Shown here one piece after another: positions 26,211-38,590 of a DNA stretch of 63,733 nt (the first letter of the stretch is position 1; each line of letters begins with the position of its first letter). Below the pieces are notes generated by a model. That model was given only the letters and a program-made list of their open reading frames with translations. It was not told the origin of the DNA and did no database searches. Where the stretch lies: positions 140,616,268-140,680,000 of the forward strand of contig NC_059425.1 of NCBI RefSeq assembly GCF_021028975.2. The letters are read 5' to 3'. This DNA comes from Sphaerodactylus townsendi (lineage: Eukaryota). The position numbers were made by a program, and so were the translations under genes.

Positions 26211-27477
26211 AGCAGTGACTTTTTTATGTAGTCCTCTCAGTTCCATGCATCATCGCTTTGTAAACTAAGGCTGTGTATCACCAGCCTGGCTCACGTGCGA
26301 TCAGAAACTCAGGTTTATTGAAAGATTCGGATCCAGCAACACCTTGAAGAGATTTGAGGGGTATAATTTTTGAGATCCCCTCTGAGGTATCCGACAAAGC
26401 AGGCGACTCTCAGCAACACAACTGGGGAAAAATGTTGGCTTTTGGCTGCTAGAAGATCTTGCTCTTCAGTGGCAGACCAACACAGCTATCTACCTGAGAA
26501 ACTAGAGTTTATTATTACAGGTGCGATTGCTCCTAATGAAACCTACTGAAAACACCTGTGTTGATGGAAATTGTGCACAATGGGAAGATCACAAATAGCA
26601 TGTTGTCTCATCCTGCAAGGTGGAGTGCTAAAGTGCTGCACTGATTGAAATGGGGTAGCAAGCAACCACTGTAATCAACAAAAGGCTAACTTCAAAGAGA
26701 ACAGCATTTTCTCAGCTGAAGTTTTTTGGAAGATCATGGCTTCCCTTCAACCAAGCCAGTGTGCAGAAAGCGTACAACAAGTGAGCATAGTGCGCAAGTC
26801 AAAATGAGATAGTGCTGGAAGGCTCTCAGCTTTTGCATTTCCCTCTTAGCACCTAATCCTGTAGCGTATTTTTTAGTAATAGCCTGCAACTTAATTTACA
26901 AGAATACGGATTCTAATGCGAGACAGAGAAAATATTTAGTGAAACAAATAATTTGCTGGTATCCCCAGTTTTAGCAGACAGAATGATAGAAGATAGCGGT
27001 AGAAAGCCGGATAGCGATTACATTGCAGCATATCACAGTTCAGCATTCCATCTGGCAGATTTTACAGCAAAGGCATTCCCCGCCCCATAACAAAGAATCT
27101 GGAATAAAGCTGCGCCACATTTTTCAAAGGCGGGTCTCTCTCCTTGTTCTCATATGTACCATATGTAGGCCTATAAAGGCAATTTCACTTTGACAAGCTA
27201 TGAAGCGAGGAAAGACATACCAGCAGAAGTCAGAGATGCATTGTCGCGAAAGAGCCCTCGCCCGGCAGTAATCAGTCTTTTACAACAGCTGCTGCCCCAT
27301 CAACGAGATGCCGTTATCCTTATAGTCAAGTTGAGTCTTTGGAAACTTCATAAGATCTCAGGAATGGCAAATGTGGAGTTCTTATTCAAAGAGGGATGGG
27401 AAGAATTTGAGATGGGGAGTCAGAAATACCTACCGTCCCTTAGGACATCTAGGAGCCATTCAATCTGACCTCTAGAA

Positions 27478-27614
27478 CAGGGGTAGGGAACCTGCGGCTC
27501 TCCAGATGCTCAGAACTACAGGTGGCCTCTGTCAGCATGGCCAATTGGCCATGCTGGTAGGAGCTTGATGGGGAATTGTGATTCCTAATGGAAAGCCACA
27601 GGTCTCATCTCTTG
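27478..27614. mobile_element. Degenerate palindromic hAT MITE (family of 45355-45502)
   Basis: CAGGGGTAGGGAACCTGCGGCTCTCCAGATG end; central CAGCATGGCCAATTGGCCATGCTG. Confidence 0.75.
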
Positions 27615-27635
27615 TGAAGGTTTGGCACTGGGGGG

Positions 27636-27837
27636 GGGGAGCCGTGGCTTGGTGGTAGAGTATCTGCTTGGAATGCAGAATGTCCCAGGTTCAAATACCA
27701 GCACCTCATGGTAGTAGGTGAAGTGAAAGACCTGGGCAGAAGACCACAGAAGGATACTACCAGACTGAGACTGACAATACTGGCCTTGATGGACCGAGGT
27801 TCTGAATCTGAGTCCATCCAGCTTCATGTGTTCATGA
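27636..27837 (+). mobile_element. tRNA-derived SINE with CR1-type 3' end
   Basis: A box TGGCTTGGTGG, B box GGTTCAAATACC, tail GATGGACC..CAGCTTCATGTGTTCATG resembling a CR1 terminus. Confidence 0.7.
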
Positions 27838-27905
27838 CCTCTGGTCTATCGGTTGCTCTGAGTTCTCTTCCTCACACCTTTCCATACTTTCACAAACTGG
27901 CCACA

Positions 27906-27910
<5 letters not shown>

Positions 27911-27980
<70 letters not shown>
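27911..27980. repeat. (TTA)n microsatellite
   Basis: Seen directly; also the R4/Dong target or tail. Confidence 0.95.
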
Positions 27981-27981
<1 letters not shown>

Positions 27982-28555
27982 CACATAACAACACAGCACA
28001 AGTGTCTGGAATTCATCTCTGAATATCGAGTCCTTCCCAAGGACCTAGGATATTAGAGGTAGGCTATAAGAATGTGTGCAGTTCCTAGAGATACTGCTTT
28101 CTGCAGCATGAGGACTGATGTTCTGTCAAGTTTGGAAACTTTCAGATGTTTTTTCAAGATTTCTTGGGATTCCTCCTAGAGCCCGACTACTAATTGGGAT
28201 TACTACATTGTTCTTTTCTGCCACAATCGTTCAACTTCAATTTGTAGGTCCTTGTTTTGTGTGATCTTTCCCGACTCTTTGTCCTCTACCCTGCTGTCAG
28301 CTGGCACAGCAGCATCTACATGATCAAACATGTGTTTTTTTTCTCTCTATCACTGTTATGTCATAGGGGTGTTGTATTGCCGGGTGTCTGTCTGTTGTAT
28401 TCTAAAGTCCCAGAGTATTTTGCTTCTTCATTTTCTGTGGTCTTCTCTGGCTTGTGCACCGTACCAGGTCTTGCTACAGGGCAGGCCGTACTTTTTTTTC
28501 AAAGGTTCAGTCCACCATTGCTGCTAGCCCTATTGTGGCCCGTTCAAGATAGTCA
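27911..28555 (-). mobile_element. R4/Dong-clade non-LTR retrotransposon 3' fragment with (TAA)n
   Basis: Minus-strand translation KILWDFRIQ..NTP..AAVPADSR..DLQIEVERLWQK..LQKAVSLGTAHIL, a restriction-like endonuclease domain; abuts a (TTA)n run. Confidence 0.8.
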
Positions 28556-29143
28556 GTTTGGGCTATTTTCTTACAACAGCCATCTTAGCAGCTGGTGGAG
28601 AATCCCTTTCCTAAAACCCCTTCTCCTATTCTGGGCGTAGTATAAGCCACACTGTAAATGACTCTTTTGAAAGCAGAAGCCTTTACAGATGCAACTAGAT
28701 ATGTGATCTACAAGAAATGCATGTAGACTCCTCAGTGATGTTCTGTTGCCAGCTTCTGTTTGACCCCACAGAAGACACTCTGCTGAGGTATTTCTGTTGG
28801 AAGAGACACTACAAATGTGAGTCCCTGGAATATGTATATCTATATGAGAAACAAAATATGATAGCATCAAAACATGACAAAATATGACAGCAATAAGAAG
28901 CATTTATACTTCCTTGTGACTTATTATCTATTAAGTAAACTGCTTGATATAAATCAAGGTGAGTGCTTTAAGACAACCAGGCTAGTTTAAGAACAAAATA
29001 AATTGTGAAATAGTATATAGGCATTTCTTGTATTGGAGCCCTTCAGATTCTGTAAAAGTCCACCTGAGTAGGTAAGTTGTGACCTGATTAACAATAGTAA
29101 AGAGATTCATGATGCTGCTGCCAATAAAATAGGTAAAGGCCAG

Positions 29144-29410
29144 ACATAGAATCATTGAGTCGGAAGAGACTACAAGGGCCAATAATTCTAACCCGCTGCC
29201 ATGCAGGAATACACAATCAAAGCACTCCTGAGAGACAGCCATCCAACCTCTGTTTAAAAACCTTCAAAGAAGGAGAGCCCACAACCCTCCAAAGCAGTGT
29301 ATTGCACTGACAAACAGCCCTTATTGTTGATAAGTTCTTGCTAATGTTTAGGTGGAATCTCTTTTCCTGTACCTTGAATCCATTAATCCTAGTCTCTGGA
29401 GAAGCGGAAA
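29144..29410 (-). mobile_element. CR1 3' end fragment
   Basis: CATAGAATCAT tail; CCATCCAACCTCTGTTTAAAAACCTTCAAAGAAGGAG typical of the ORF2 end. Confidence 0.75.
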
Positions 29411-32400
29411 ATATATGCTTCTTTCTGCCACATTTTAGATTTTCTCAACAGTCACTGCTAAGCCAATCACTGTAGTTTTTCATGGAGATGATTAGGAATA
29501 AACGGCAACAGTTGTGACCAAAAGGACGATGAGGGATGTTTCGGCTTATGAGAAACACAACTTTCATAGCCTTAAGTTAACAAGAGGGTTAAATCTGCAA
29601 GCACCTGCTTTTAGCTCATGGCACATTGTGTTCTGGATTGGATAGTTTGATCAGCAGGAAGTTGATGTGGTCTTGTAATAATGAGTTATTGGCATGGTTC
29701 TGCTCAACTTTAGGATTCTATTATCATATACGTGACTGAAGTGTCTTGGTCATTTATATAATCTCACCAAAAAGGTCCACTGCAGGCAACTGATGGATCC
29801 TGATAGGTTCCTGTTGGCCCTTGGGAATTTTCCCCCCTTGACTTCTGACAGTTCTGTTGAGGCCCTTTGCAGCAGGGAGACAGTCCAAGATGTTCACACA
29901 ATCACTGTAAGTGTCTTCTCCCTGTGAGTAGAATCAAGCAAATCCTCCTGGTTCACTGGGGAACTGATGGTGATGAAACTGAAGGGGGGATGGTTAGAGC
30001 ATTGCTGGCACAAAAATCCGAGTAAAACTGATTGAATGCATCATGTTAACATTTATTCTGCAGTTGTGATGACTGAAAAAGCATTATTTTCCACCACTGT
30101 TGCATCTACACGTAATTGTCTTTCTGAACTGTCCCATATGGTTCAATGACTTTTACATCATATTCCCAAAAAATTGGACTCAGACTACACAATGGCCTAC
30201 TGTGATCACAGCTGAATCTACATATACTATATATATGCATGTGTGTGGGTGTTTATGCATATATTATATACATTTTTCTTTATATATGCATATGTAATCA
30301 TTTTATATATGCGCATATATATATATATGCATATGTAATCTTTTAAATGATAGAATAAATTATGTTGACTTCTATGAACTATTAATGAATTATTACCTTT
30401 TATATTATTTCTTCTATCTCTAATGTTTTAACATTCCCAACCCAAGAAGAAAGTTTTTCAACCTTGCACTTTCTTGGACTTTTAAAAAATATATAGCAAT
30501 CATAATTTTGACATGGGGAACACCAAAAACACCTCATACTCCTTCACAGACTGATAGTCAGCCCAAAGAAAGCCCAAGAAAGTGAGGGTTTAGAATGCAC
30601 TCTAAGTCTGTCCCAGAAGCTTTGTGTGCCCAAAGCCTACTACAGTCACTGTCAACATGTGGTCCTTGAAGGAGGAAGACAAGGAATTGAAGGTCCTGTG
30701 GGTAGAGGAGTTGAGGGTGCCTCAGCTGAAAGGGGGAGGCAGATTAGTGAGGCCAAGGAAGATCACTGGATGATCTATGATCTGTTCCACACAGCACAAA
30801 GACACATGTAATGGGATGTCATGAAAGAGGTGACTGGCTATACTTCACTCTGGACACTTAGGCAGATGTCCAGGAGTAGATTTGAATCTGGGCGTTTCCC
30901 AGACAGCAAAGACGTCAGAGGAGATCAGAAGTTGTTTTCTACTTGACCAGTTTGCTCTGTGATCAGTTTCATTCCCAACTTGTCCATGACATTTTGTGTG
31001 CTGCTGAAAGGATTCCCCCTGCCACCATTTGTTGAAGGTAGCCCCAGAATGTTTGCTCTGCAGGCTCCAATCCTGGGTGCCTTTTCAGCCCAAAAAGAAC
31101 AAAGTTCTATTCAGCTGGTCCTGTTAATTCTGGCAATATATAATTTTTCTGTGTTTTTTTCTTTTAATTTTAAACAAGCTATGTTTGTAGCTATGCTACA
31201 GATCTATAATAATGGGAGAATCTTAGCTACACTTGGAAATGGATCCTGCCACCCACTGAAAAAGCATGGAACAGCCTGCCCTCATACTTGTTTGACAGAT
31301 CCAGCTCTTCAGAGTTGCACAAGATTCTCTTATGTGCTCAGCATAACTAACCACAAATATAACTATGAAAAAAATTGTTTAAAGGAAAACTATATATTGG
31401 CAGAATTGGCAGAAAGAGCTGAGTATAACTATGTACTTTTTGGGCTGAAAAGGCACCCCGGATTGAGCCTGCACAGCAAACAGATAAGTAATAGTTATGG
31501 TCATTTAATTATTATTATTTTTTGCCAAAGAGCAGTACCTGTCTGTTTTCTTGAATGAAACAACATAAAGAATGTATTTGCTGGATAAAGCTAAGGTCCA
31601 CCTGGTCCAATGTTGTCAGCTTTCTCATGTTGCTTTTACCTGGCATTCAAAAGTACGGTATTCTGGCAACTGCCTCTGCATGTGAAGATTCCACTGAGTT
31701 CTCATGGCTGGCAGCCTTTGATAGACTTATCTTTTATACAACAGAGGATTCCAATTCTAATGGAACGAAGGATTCCAATTCACAAATAAGTGAATTCAAA
31801 CTCTATTTACACTAATATGGCTGGTTAACTGCTGTTCCATCATTGTACCACAATAGTTTTACAAATACAAATGTGGAGAGGTCAGTCAGGAGCTGCAGAA
31901 GGATCTCATTATGGGGCTAGCAAGGGCATTTGGTCCTTAGCTATGCTAATTACATTTCCTTGTTCCAAAGTTTGAACTTTCCTGACTTTTCAAATGCCTG
32001 TTTGCCTCAAGAGGGAAGGAAAATAGCATTAATATTGATTCCAATTAATAGAATTACATAATGGGTTATCAATTTCTACTAGATTTGCTCAAGCAGAATA
32101 CGTCTCCTTTGGATCTAGTGGTTTTATACCAGCTGTGCTCTCCAGAAGAAGACTAACCTATGCCTTGACATGACCTATGCAGTTTTTACAATGTAGTTTT
32201 ATGTTGTGACATATCATTTAAATGATTAAGTAAGCTGTTGGAAAGACAAGTGGTGCTAGATGAAGAGTGCTTTTTTCTGCTTTGCTGTCAAAGTATTGCC
32301 TTTATGTTCATTCGATCTTTTCCCATAACTCAACTCCTCCCCCCCAAAAAAACCCAGCCCTCATGGAATTACCTCCTGCAAGAAAGAAGGCTGGGGAGAT

Positions 32401-34414
32401 ACAAAGCAATCCTGATCACTCTCTAGCCTAATTGAAACCATTTGTTTGAGCTTCACTGTTTCCCAGAAAAGAGGGTTTATCATGTCAAGTATATACTTAT
32501 TCTAAGAGCACATGTCTAACCTTTGAGCTCAGTCAAGGATTGATTACATTGTTTTTCAGTACTTGGGACCATGGAGCTATTCTCCTTCACTACTGAGGGA
32601 AATCCCCCCCCCCCTGAACTTTTTATTAGGCAGAGCAGTGTTGCCTGAAAGCAGTACAGCTATGGAGGCACTTTTCTTCCTTTTTATATTCCTGAACTTT
32701 TTGAACAGGTGAAAGAAAGCACTCAGTTCCTCAGCCATCTTTATTCTTCACAACATTTACAAAGGTTATCTCCTCATAATGGGCATTGACATGTAATAGT
32801 AATTATTATCCAATTATTCCATGACTCAAGTTTTTTCTCAAGAGTACTTACTACATGACTGTTGAGGTAAGCAACTTTATAGAGTTCTCTCAAATTGAAG
32901 GATATTAGGACAGATATAAGAACTAGGGAAAAAAATACAAAGCGTCATCTTCATGTGGGGGCTGCAGAAAAATTGCAAGCTGACTTAGCATTGGGACAAG
33001 TGAAAAAAGAGGGTTTCCCCCCTTCCCCGGATATAAACACACTGTGTAGTTATTTCCCTTACCCTTGCGGTAGAAACTATACTACATTAGGGAGATGTAG
33101 TTACCTACCTAGAATTATAAAAGATGCTCAGGGCAGGTTCTGGCTGAGGCTGGACTAGCTGCAGCAAGTGACCAGTTTGTGTGATTCAGCACCACCTCAG
33201 CGCCCGTCACCCTGGTATATTTGCTGATGGAAACCAGAGTGCTGCAGGCCACGGCTTTCTTGCCTGGCCAGCCATTTCCTGCTTCAACTCTGTCCCCCTA
33301 CAGAGAAAGGAACAGCAGGCTGTGGCCATCTTTATGCCACTCAGCTAGCAACAATAATTCCAAATCATAGGATATTAGTTGTAGTATTAACAGTGATAGC
33401 ACTTTCATTCTGATGATGAAGAACAGCCCGTATATATAAGGTGAGAACCATATGTAGTTTATTATGATGGGCTGCACAAGAAGGTAGGGATTTAAAGGTG
33501 CAAGTCAGTCCGTGGAGCAAGGTGCCATCACAACATAGTGGAGAAAAATTTCCTAGGAACAGGAAAGGACCATGATTGAGTAAGCTTATCTGCACTTTGA
33601 TTGGTGGAGCAACTAGCTGATTCAGAGAGGGAGGATGTATCAATCTGAAAGGAGAACTTTTGTAGGCTTTAGGATTTTAGATTCCTGCAAGTTAACATGA
33701 AGTTCCTTAACTGCATGTGTTAAACATCTACTCTGAGTGAATTTCAGTCAGGGAGTTGATCTGTCTTGAAATATGCTGAGTTCAGTGTGCGCTGAAACAG
33801 AAAATAGGATAACTGAGAGTTTTATTTAATTGAATAAAGAAAAGCCCAGAAGGTGAGACATAGTAGAATAGAACCTAGGTGACCGTATAAATAATAAAAG
33901 GAAAAGAATAATGATCTTCTGAGTATAGAAGAATTCCTAATTCAGTTAATACAGAAATAGGGTTTCCCAGTCTGGAGTATCAGTGTTCTGCTGAAGTTAC
34001 CTCAGGAGGAAGATTTGTGAGAAGTGGGCAGATAACAGTTTCAAGGTTGTATGTGTACTGTGTGAAAGGGTACCATGTTGGTATTTGCAAGTGTCTGTCA
34101 CAATTCAGACATGAAGGGGTTAACGGTGTGCATGCTAATTAGCTGCTGAGATCAGAGTTTTATGGCCAGTCCATTGATTAAGCTATTGGTCAACTAACCC
34201 CAGCATTGCCTATGTGAGACTAGTCATGTAGACAGAAGTTATAAAGTAAAGTATGTTTCTTTGTTTGTACCACACGAGGTAAAACCTTTTGCCTTGCTAG
34301 GTAGGCATCTTGTGGAATCACATGGTGCTAAGCTATGTAACCAAGTTAGTTTTAGAATAGGAAGCTGTTCTTTATTTTTCTTCCATGCAAGCCCTCCCTA
34401 ATAGAAAGTAAACT

Positions 34415-34513
34415 TGGGTGCTGTGTGGTTTCCGGGCTGTATGGCCGTGTTCTAGCAGCATTCTCTCCTGACGTTTCGCCTGCATCTGTGGCTGGCATCT
34501 TCAGAGGATCATG
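34415..34513 (-). mobile_element. Solo Penelope pLTR insertion, 99 bp
   Basis: 9-bp TSD AAGTAAACT; homologous to the pLTRs at 6754-6910. Confidence 0.85.
34466..34508 (-). ncRNA. Minimal type I hammerhead ribozyme (PLE-associated)
   Basis: UCCU-CUGAAGA-UGCC-agccacagaugca-GGC-GAAAC-GUC-AGGA: intact core, stem I UCCU/AGGA, palindromic ACGU in place of stem III. Confidence 0.8.
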
Positions 34514-36639
34514 AAGTAAACTCTTAGTTTACTTAAGAAAGTAAACTCTTTTATAAAAACCAGTAACTTGTATCCACTTGGTCTCTTCTTGGCTACTCCT
34601 CTGCTAAATATATTCAAGTTAAAAAAAATTACAACTTACTTCAAACCTATTTGGAGAACCTAAAATCAACAAACAAAACTATTGTTAAAAACCTCTTGTA
34701 ACATCTAAGTAACTGAAGAAACTTATACAGCTTAATTAAGAACTCTGCTGTGCCAAAAATGATATTTTTCTATAGTTTCTCTTACCTGATTTCCATCCAT
34801 TTGAAATATCTCCTAATCCCATCTAGTTTGTTTAATAAATTTTACTTTTGTTTGACCAACTTGCCTAAGTTCTCTTGTACGTTGAGATTTACCATAAGGG
34901 AAAAATAGACACCCTTCTCCTTTCTGGAGTTCCTACAGTTGAGCAGTTAAGTTTTAATCACCTGCTATGCTACCATCAAAACAGTTCAGTGACTAGAAAA
35001 GGAGGGAAAACATGCCCAGCATAGTTAGGAGGTCACCTGAACCTGCCACAAATAATTAGGAGGGTGAAGGGACCTGACACAATTGCACATGGGAAGTGAG
35101 ATCTCCCCACCTTCCTTTCCCTTCAGAACCTGTCTATGATTCCTAAAAATAGGATGACCATACATGTGGGATTGCAATAATAATTAGGAATAGGACAAAA
35201 TTGCCCTACATCAACCGCAGAAGGTAAGTTTGTATGTTGTAGAGACCTGGTGCATTGCTTGTGTAACCATAAGAACTAATCCATAGGAAGTGATTAATGC
35301 CATATTTGCCTTGGCTCCAGGATCCTAGGGATCTGAATTAATAGTGTCTGCATAGTATTGTTCCCTATATATTTTTCCATTCAGGAAGAATTGCGCAGAG
35401 AGAGAAATCACTCATTTTCTTACCCCTCTATAAAGAGCCTCAGATCCAAGGCATGCACTCATGATTGCATCTGTCATGTACAATTAATTCCACTTTCTAG
35501 GTGGTAGGGACCAGAAAATCCTTATAGGGACTTAGGTTGTTTGGAGCCCATAGAATGTCCCCTGGGTTTACAAAAATATATGGGAAAATTTTAATTTTCA
35601 AATTATCTTCCTTGGGGCTTTGCCATTTTTTTAAAAAAAGACAGCTTTCTTGAATAAATGCTGATTTCGTTTAACAGAAAAGAACATTCTCTGGATTTGG
35701 ACCATACGAATGGTATTTAGAAGAAGGGACATTATTAGGGTTGTAATGAAAACCATATGAAAATTTTGCTTCATTTTGGGATAGCGATGACAGTGTGACA
35801 TTAGCATCATGTTTAGGAGTTTGCAATATGTTAAAATGGACAAACAGAAGGAAATTGTTTCTGAAACCTGACATATTTTTCATCATGACAGCCTTGAAGA
35901 TGCAGTTCAGTGGCATTTTAAAAATATAAAAAGAATGCTTCCATATACATTCAAAGCAATGTACATAATTTATTTTAGCTATTATTAGGATGCTAGCAGG
36001 GGTGCTTCCTCCAGACAGCCCTGTATTGCAATAATTTACCATAACCCTGCTCCCCCCAAAAAATTCTACCCTAAGGGGAAAAAATACCAATTTAAAAGAA
36101 AAAGCTTGCCTTCACTTAAGGATGAACTCTTCACTACTAGGAGTCTACTTCCCCTTTTTTGGGGGGGAGTTTCCATGTTTCCAGAAGGTGCTCTGTTGCA
36201 TTTCCACTTTTTAAGCTGGGAAAACAAAAAAAAAGATTTGAAATGAGAGGGTGGCACTGATCAGTTAATGCTGCCAACCACATAGGTACAGAAGCAGCAT
36301 GTGCAGCCTAACCTGACAGTTTTTAAAAGAAGTATCCCATGATGACAAAACAGAGCAGTCAAGAATTAATTAACAGCATTTGTACAGTAATGGTAAAATA
36401 GGTATAACTACTGCACAGCTGTGGCCTTTCTGCCAATGCGTCTCACTGAATAGCAAACAAATAAGCTTTAAAATATGATTGATGAGACCACACCTCAACT
36501 GAACAAACAAACCTTGCAGGCGAAGATGAACGTTTCTAATGCTCAGTAAAATTAAGATTAATAATAGGTTTTTGGCGTAAAATCTGCAAACTTTCCTGAA
36601 TACCATTTTTGTTTCTAAAGGGCACAAACTAATAGTAAC

Positions 36640-38590
36640 CACCAAGGGCGCGTAGCAACCAAAATATTGTTCCTATTTGTATTTGGTCTATTTCATTCTT
36701 TTGTTTGTTATGACACGTGATTGCCATCTTTATTCTTATTCACATCCATCCATTTCAACAGGAAACATACGTCACTGAATTTTTTTGTTTTCCATCTGCT
36801 AATGGCGGTTTTCATGGAAGCGGGCTATTTATATTCACCGTTCGCGAACCGGTGTGAATGGTAGCCGGAATGGTGCACCATCTCCCACAGTCACTAATTT
36901 TGTGGATTTCAGTATTTTCTCCCAGTCCAGTTGATGTCTGTTATCAAAATCAGGCTGAGAGAATAATACTAACCTACCTATCTGCCATTCTGGCTTGCTC
37001 CTGTCCTGACGGCGGCTCCTGCTTTGGAAAGCGGTGATATAGTACTGGCTGCTAAGCTATAAGTCCTATTGTAGCGATATGGGAAGTACATTTATGAATT
37101 CCACACATGCAGAATAATACAACTTTCCAGCAATCCCGCTTTTAATGCATTTTACCACGAAAGCTGGATTTTACTGTAATGGATATAGCATAATCCACTT
37201 GCAAAAAATTGCTGAAAGTGGATTGAAGATTTTAGTATTCATGAAGCGGAAACAGCCTATAAGATGCTTGGGCACTATGTTTCCCCCCCTGTATCCCCTT
37301 TCCCACAGCATTTTGTCTTCCCTCCTCCTAGCTATCCCTGCCTCTTTCTCTCCTTCCCACTCATTGGCTCGGCGTTTTGTCTGCCCCCCATCTATTTGCT
37401 ATAGCTGTATTATTTGTTTGCATTGTTTTATATCTCCACTTTTCTTCACCCGCGGAAATTTGGAACCCGATTAAAACTACAGCATTCTTCTCGCCATCAT
37501 TTTATCCTCACAACAACTACGTAAGGTCGATTAGACTGAGAATGAATGGATTTTGTTGGGAATCATTTACTGAGCCGTTTATACGGCCAGAAGCGGCGAC
37601 GATAAGCGTGCATAAATTAAAGGCGCATCCAAAAAAGCGTTCCACATATGAACAGGCTGAGCTGCGTCATAGCCGCGGGAAATAAACTGTTCGCCGCAGG
37701 CGCTGCGGAAGCTGGCGTCTAAAGCGTTCGCGCTACGCACTAAACCCGTGCAGGCCGGCATACATTTCGCGGTACGCTCGTGGGCTGTTAGCACCGAGTC
37801 GTCGATAAACATGGGGAAAAAGGTATGGACTAAGCGTTGCCCTTTCTAGATACGCAATGCGCCAGCGGTTTAAAGCGTTTTTTCGCGGCGTGGCGACTAC
37901 TTTCTCGCTCTTGGCGAGCTCTGGCTTTTCTTTCCGTTCGCGACGGCGTATTTTGCCGTCTTGAGCGAAATGATTTATGCAGCAGAGATTTGAGCCACCA
38001 GGATCTCTGATGTATTCGGTATCTCCCCAGCGGAAGTATCTTTTCACGGGTTGGCTGCTGTTATTGATACGGTAGTAAAGCATCGATTTGCCTGGATGAA
38101 TTATGCAGAAGAAGAAGAGTTTGGATTTATACCCCACCACTAAGGAGTCTCACAGTGGCTTAACAAATTCCTTCCCTTCCTCTCCCCGCAATAGACACCT
38201 TGTGAGGTAGTGGGGAGGGGGGCTGAGAGAGTTCTGAAGAACTGTGACCATTCCAAGGTTACCCAGCAGGCTTCATGTATAACAGTGGGGAAACAAATCC
38301 AGTTCACTAGATAAAAGTCATAGGGATGAGTGGGAAATCAAATCCAGTTCTACAGATTACAGTCTTTTAACCACTACACCAAACTGGCAAGTTGGGGGGG
38401 GGGGGTGTAGCACTTTACTTGAATACCACTGGGCTTGAACCTGATTAATTCACATCCACGAGGGCTTGACTTGAAGGCTAACCCTCTCTCCCTGCAGCAC
38501 TATGAATAGCAAAAAATCCACTTACCAAATAATTGTAGAAAGTGGATTCGAGTGCATTATTCTACCGTAGCGGCGCGGAAGGCGCCTCTG
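36640..38590. promoter_or_regulatory. Orphan low-GC CpG island / putative promoter
   Basis: Very dense CpG at 37560-38100 at moderate GC; RFX half-site GTAGCAAC near 36652; CRE-like ACGTCA near 36769; near-palindrome CACCGTTCGCGAACCGGTG at 36836. Confidence 0.55.
38107..38388 (-). mobile_element. Squam3-like SINE, near full length
   Basis: GCCAGTTTGGTGTAGTGGTTAA head and (CTT)n tail on the minus strand. Confidence 0.8.

Larger units (their letters stand above)
33661..34633. mobile_element. Possible solo LTR
   Basis: TGTA...TACA termini; flanks ACTTT/ACTTA (4/5 match). Confidence 0.35.

Noticed and set aside
26320-26500. Possible second PLE-derived (Neptune-like) palindrome with a ribozyme
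   Set aside because: Too decayed; catalytic core not intact
27636-27710. tRNA-like sequence
   Set aside because: Degenerate cloverleaf continuing into a SINE body; not a tRNA gene
30959-31558. 199-aa ORF
   Set aside because: Non-ATG start, AT-rich random-like composition, no motifs
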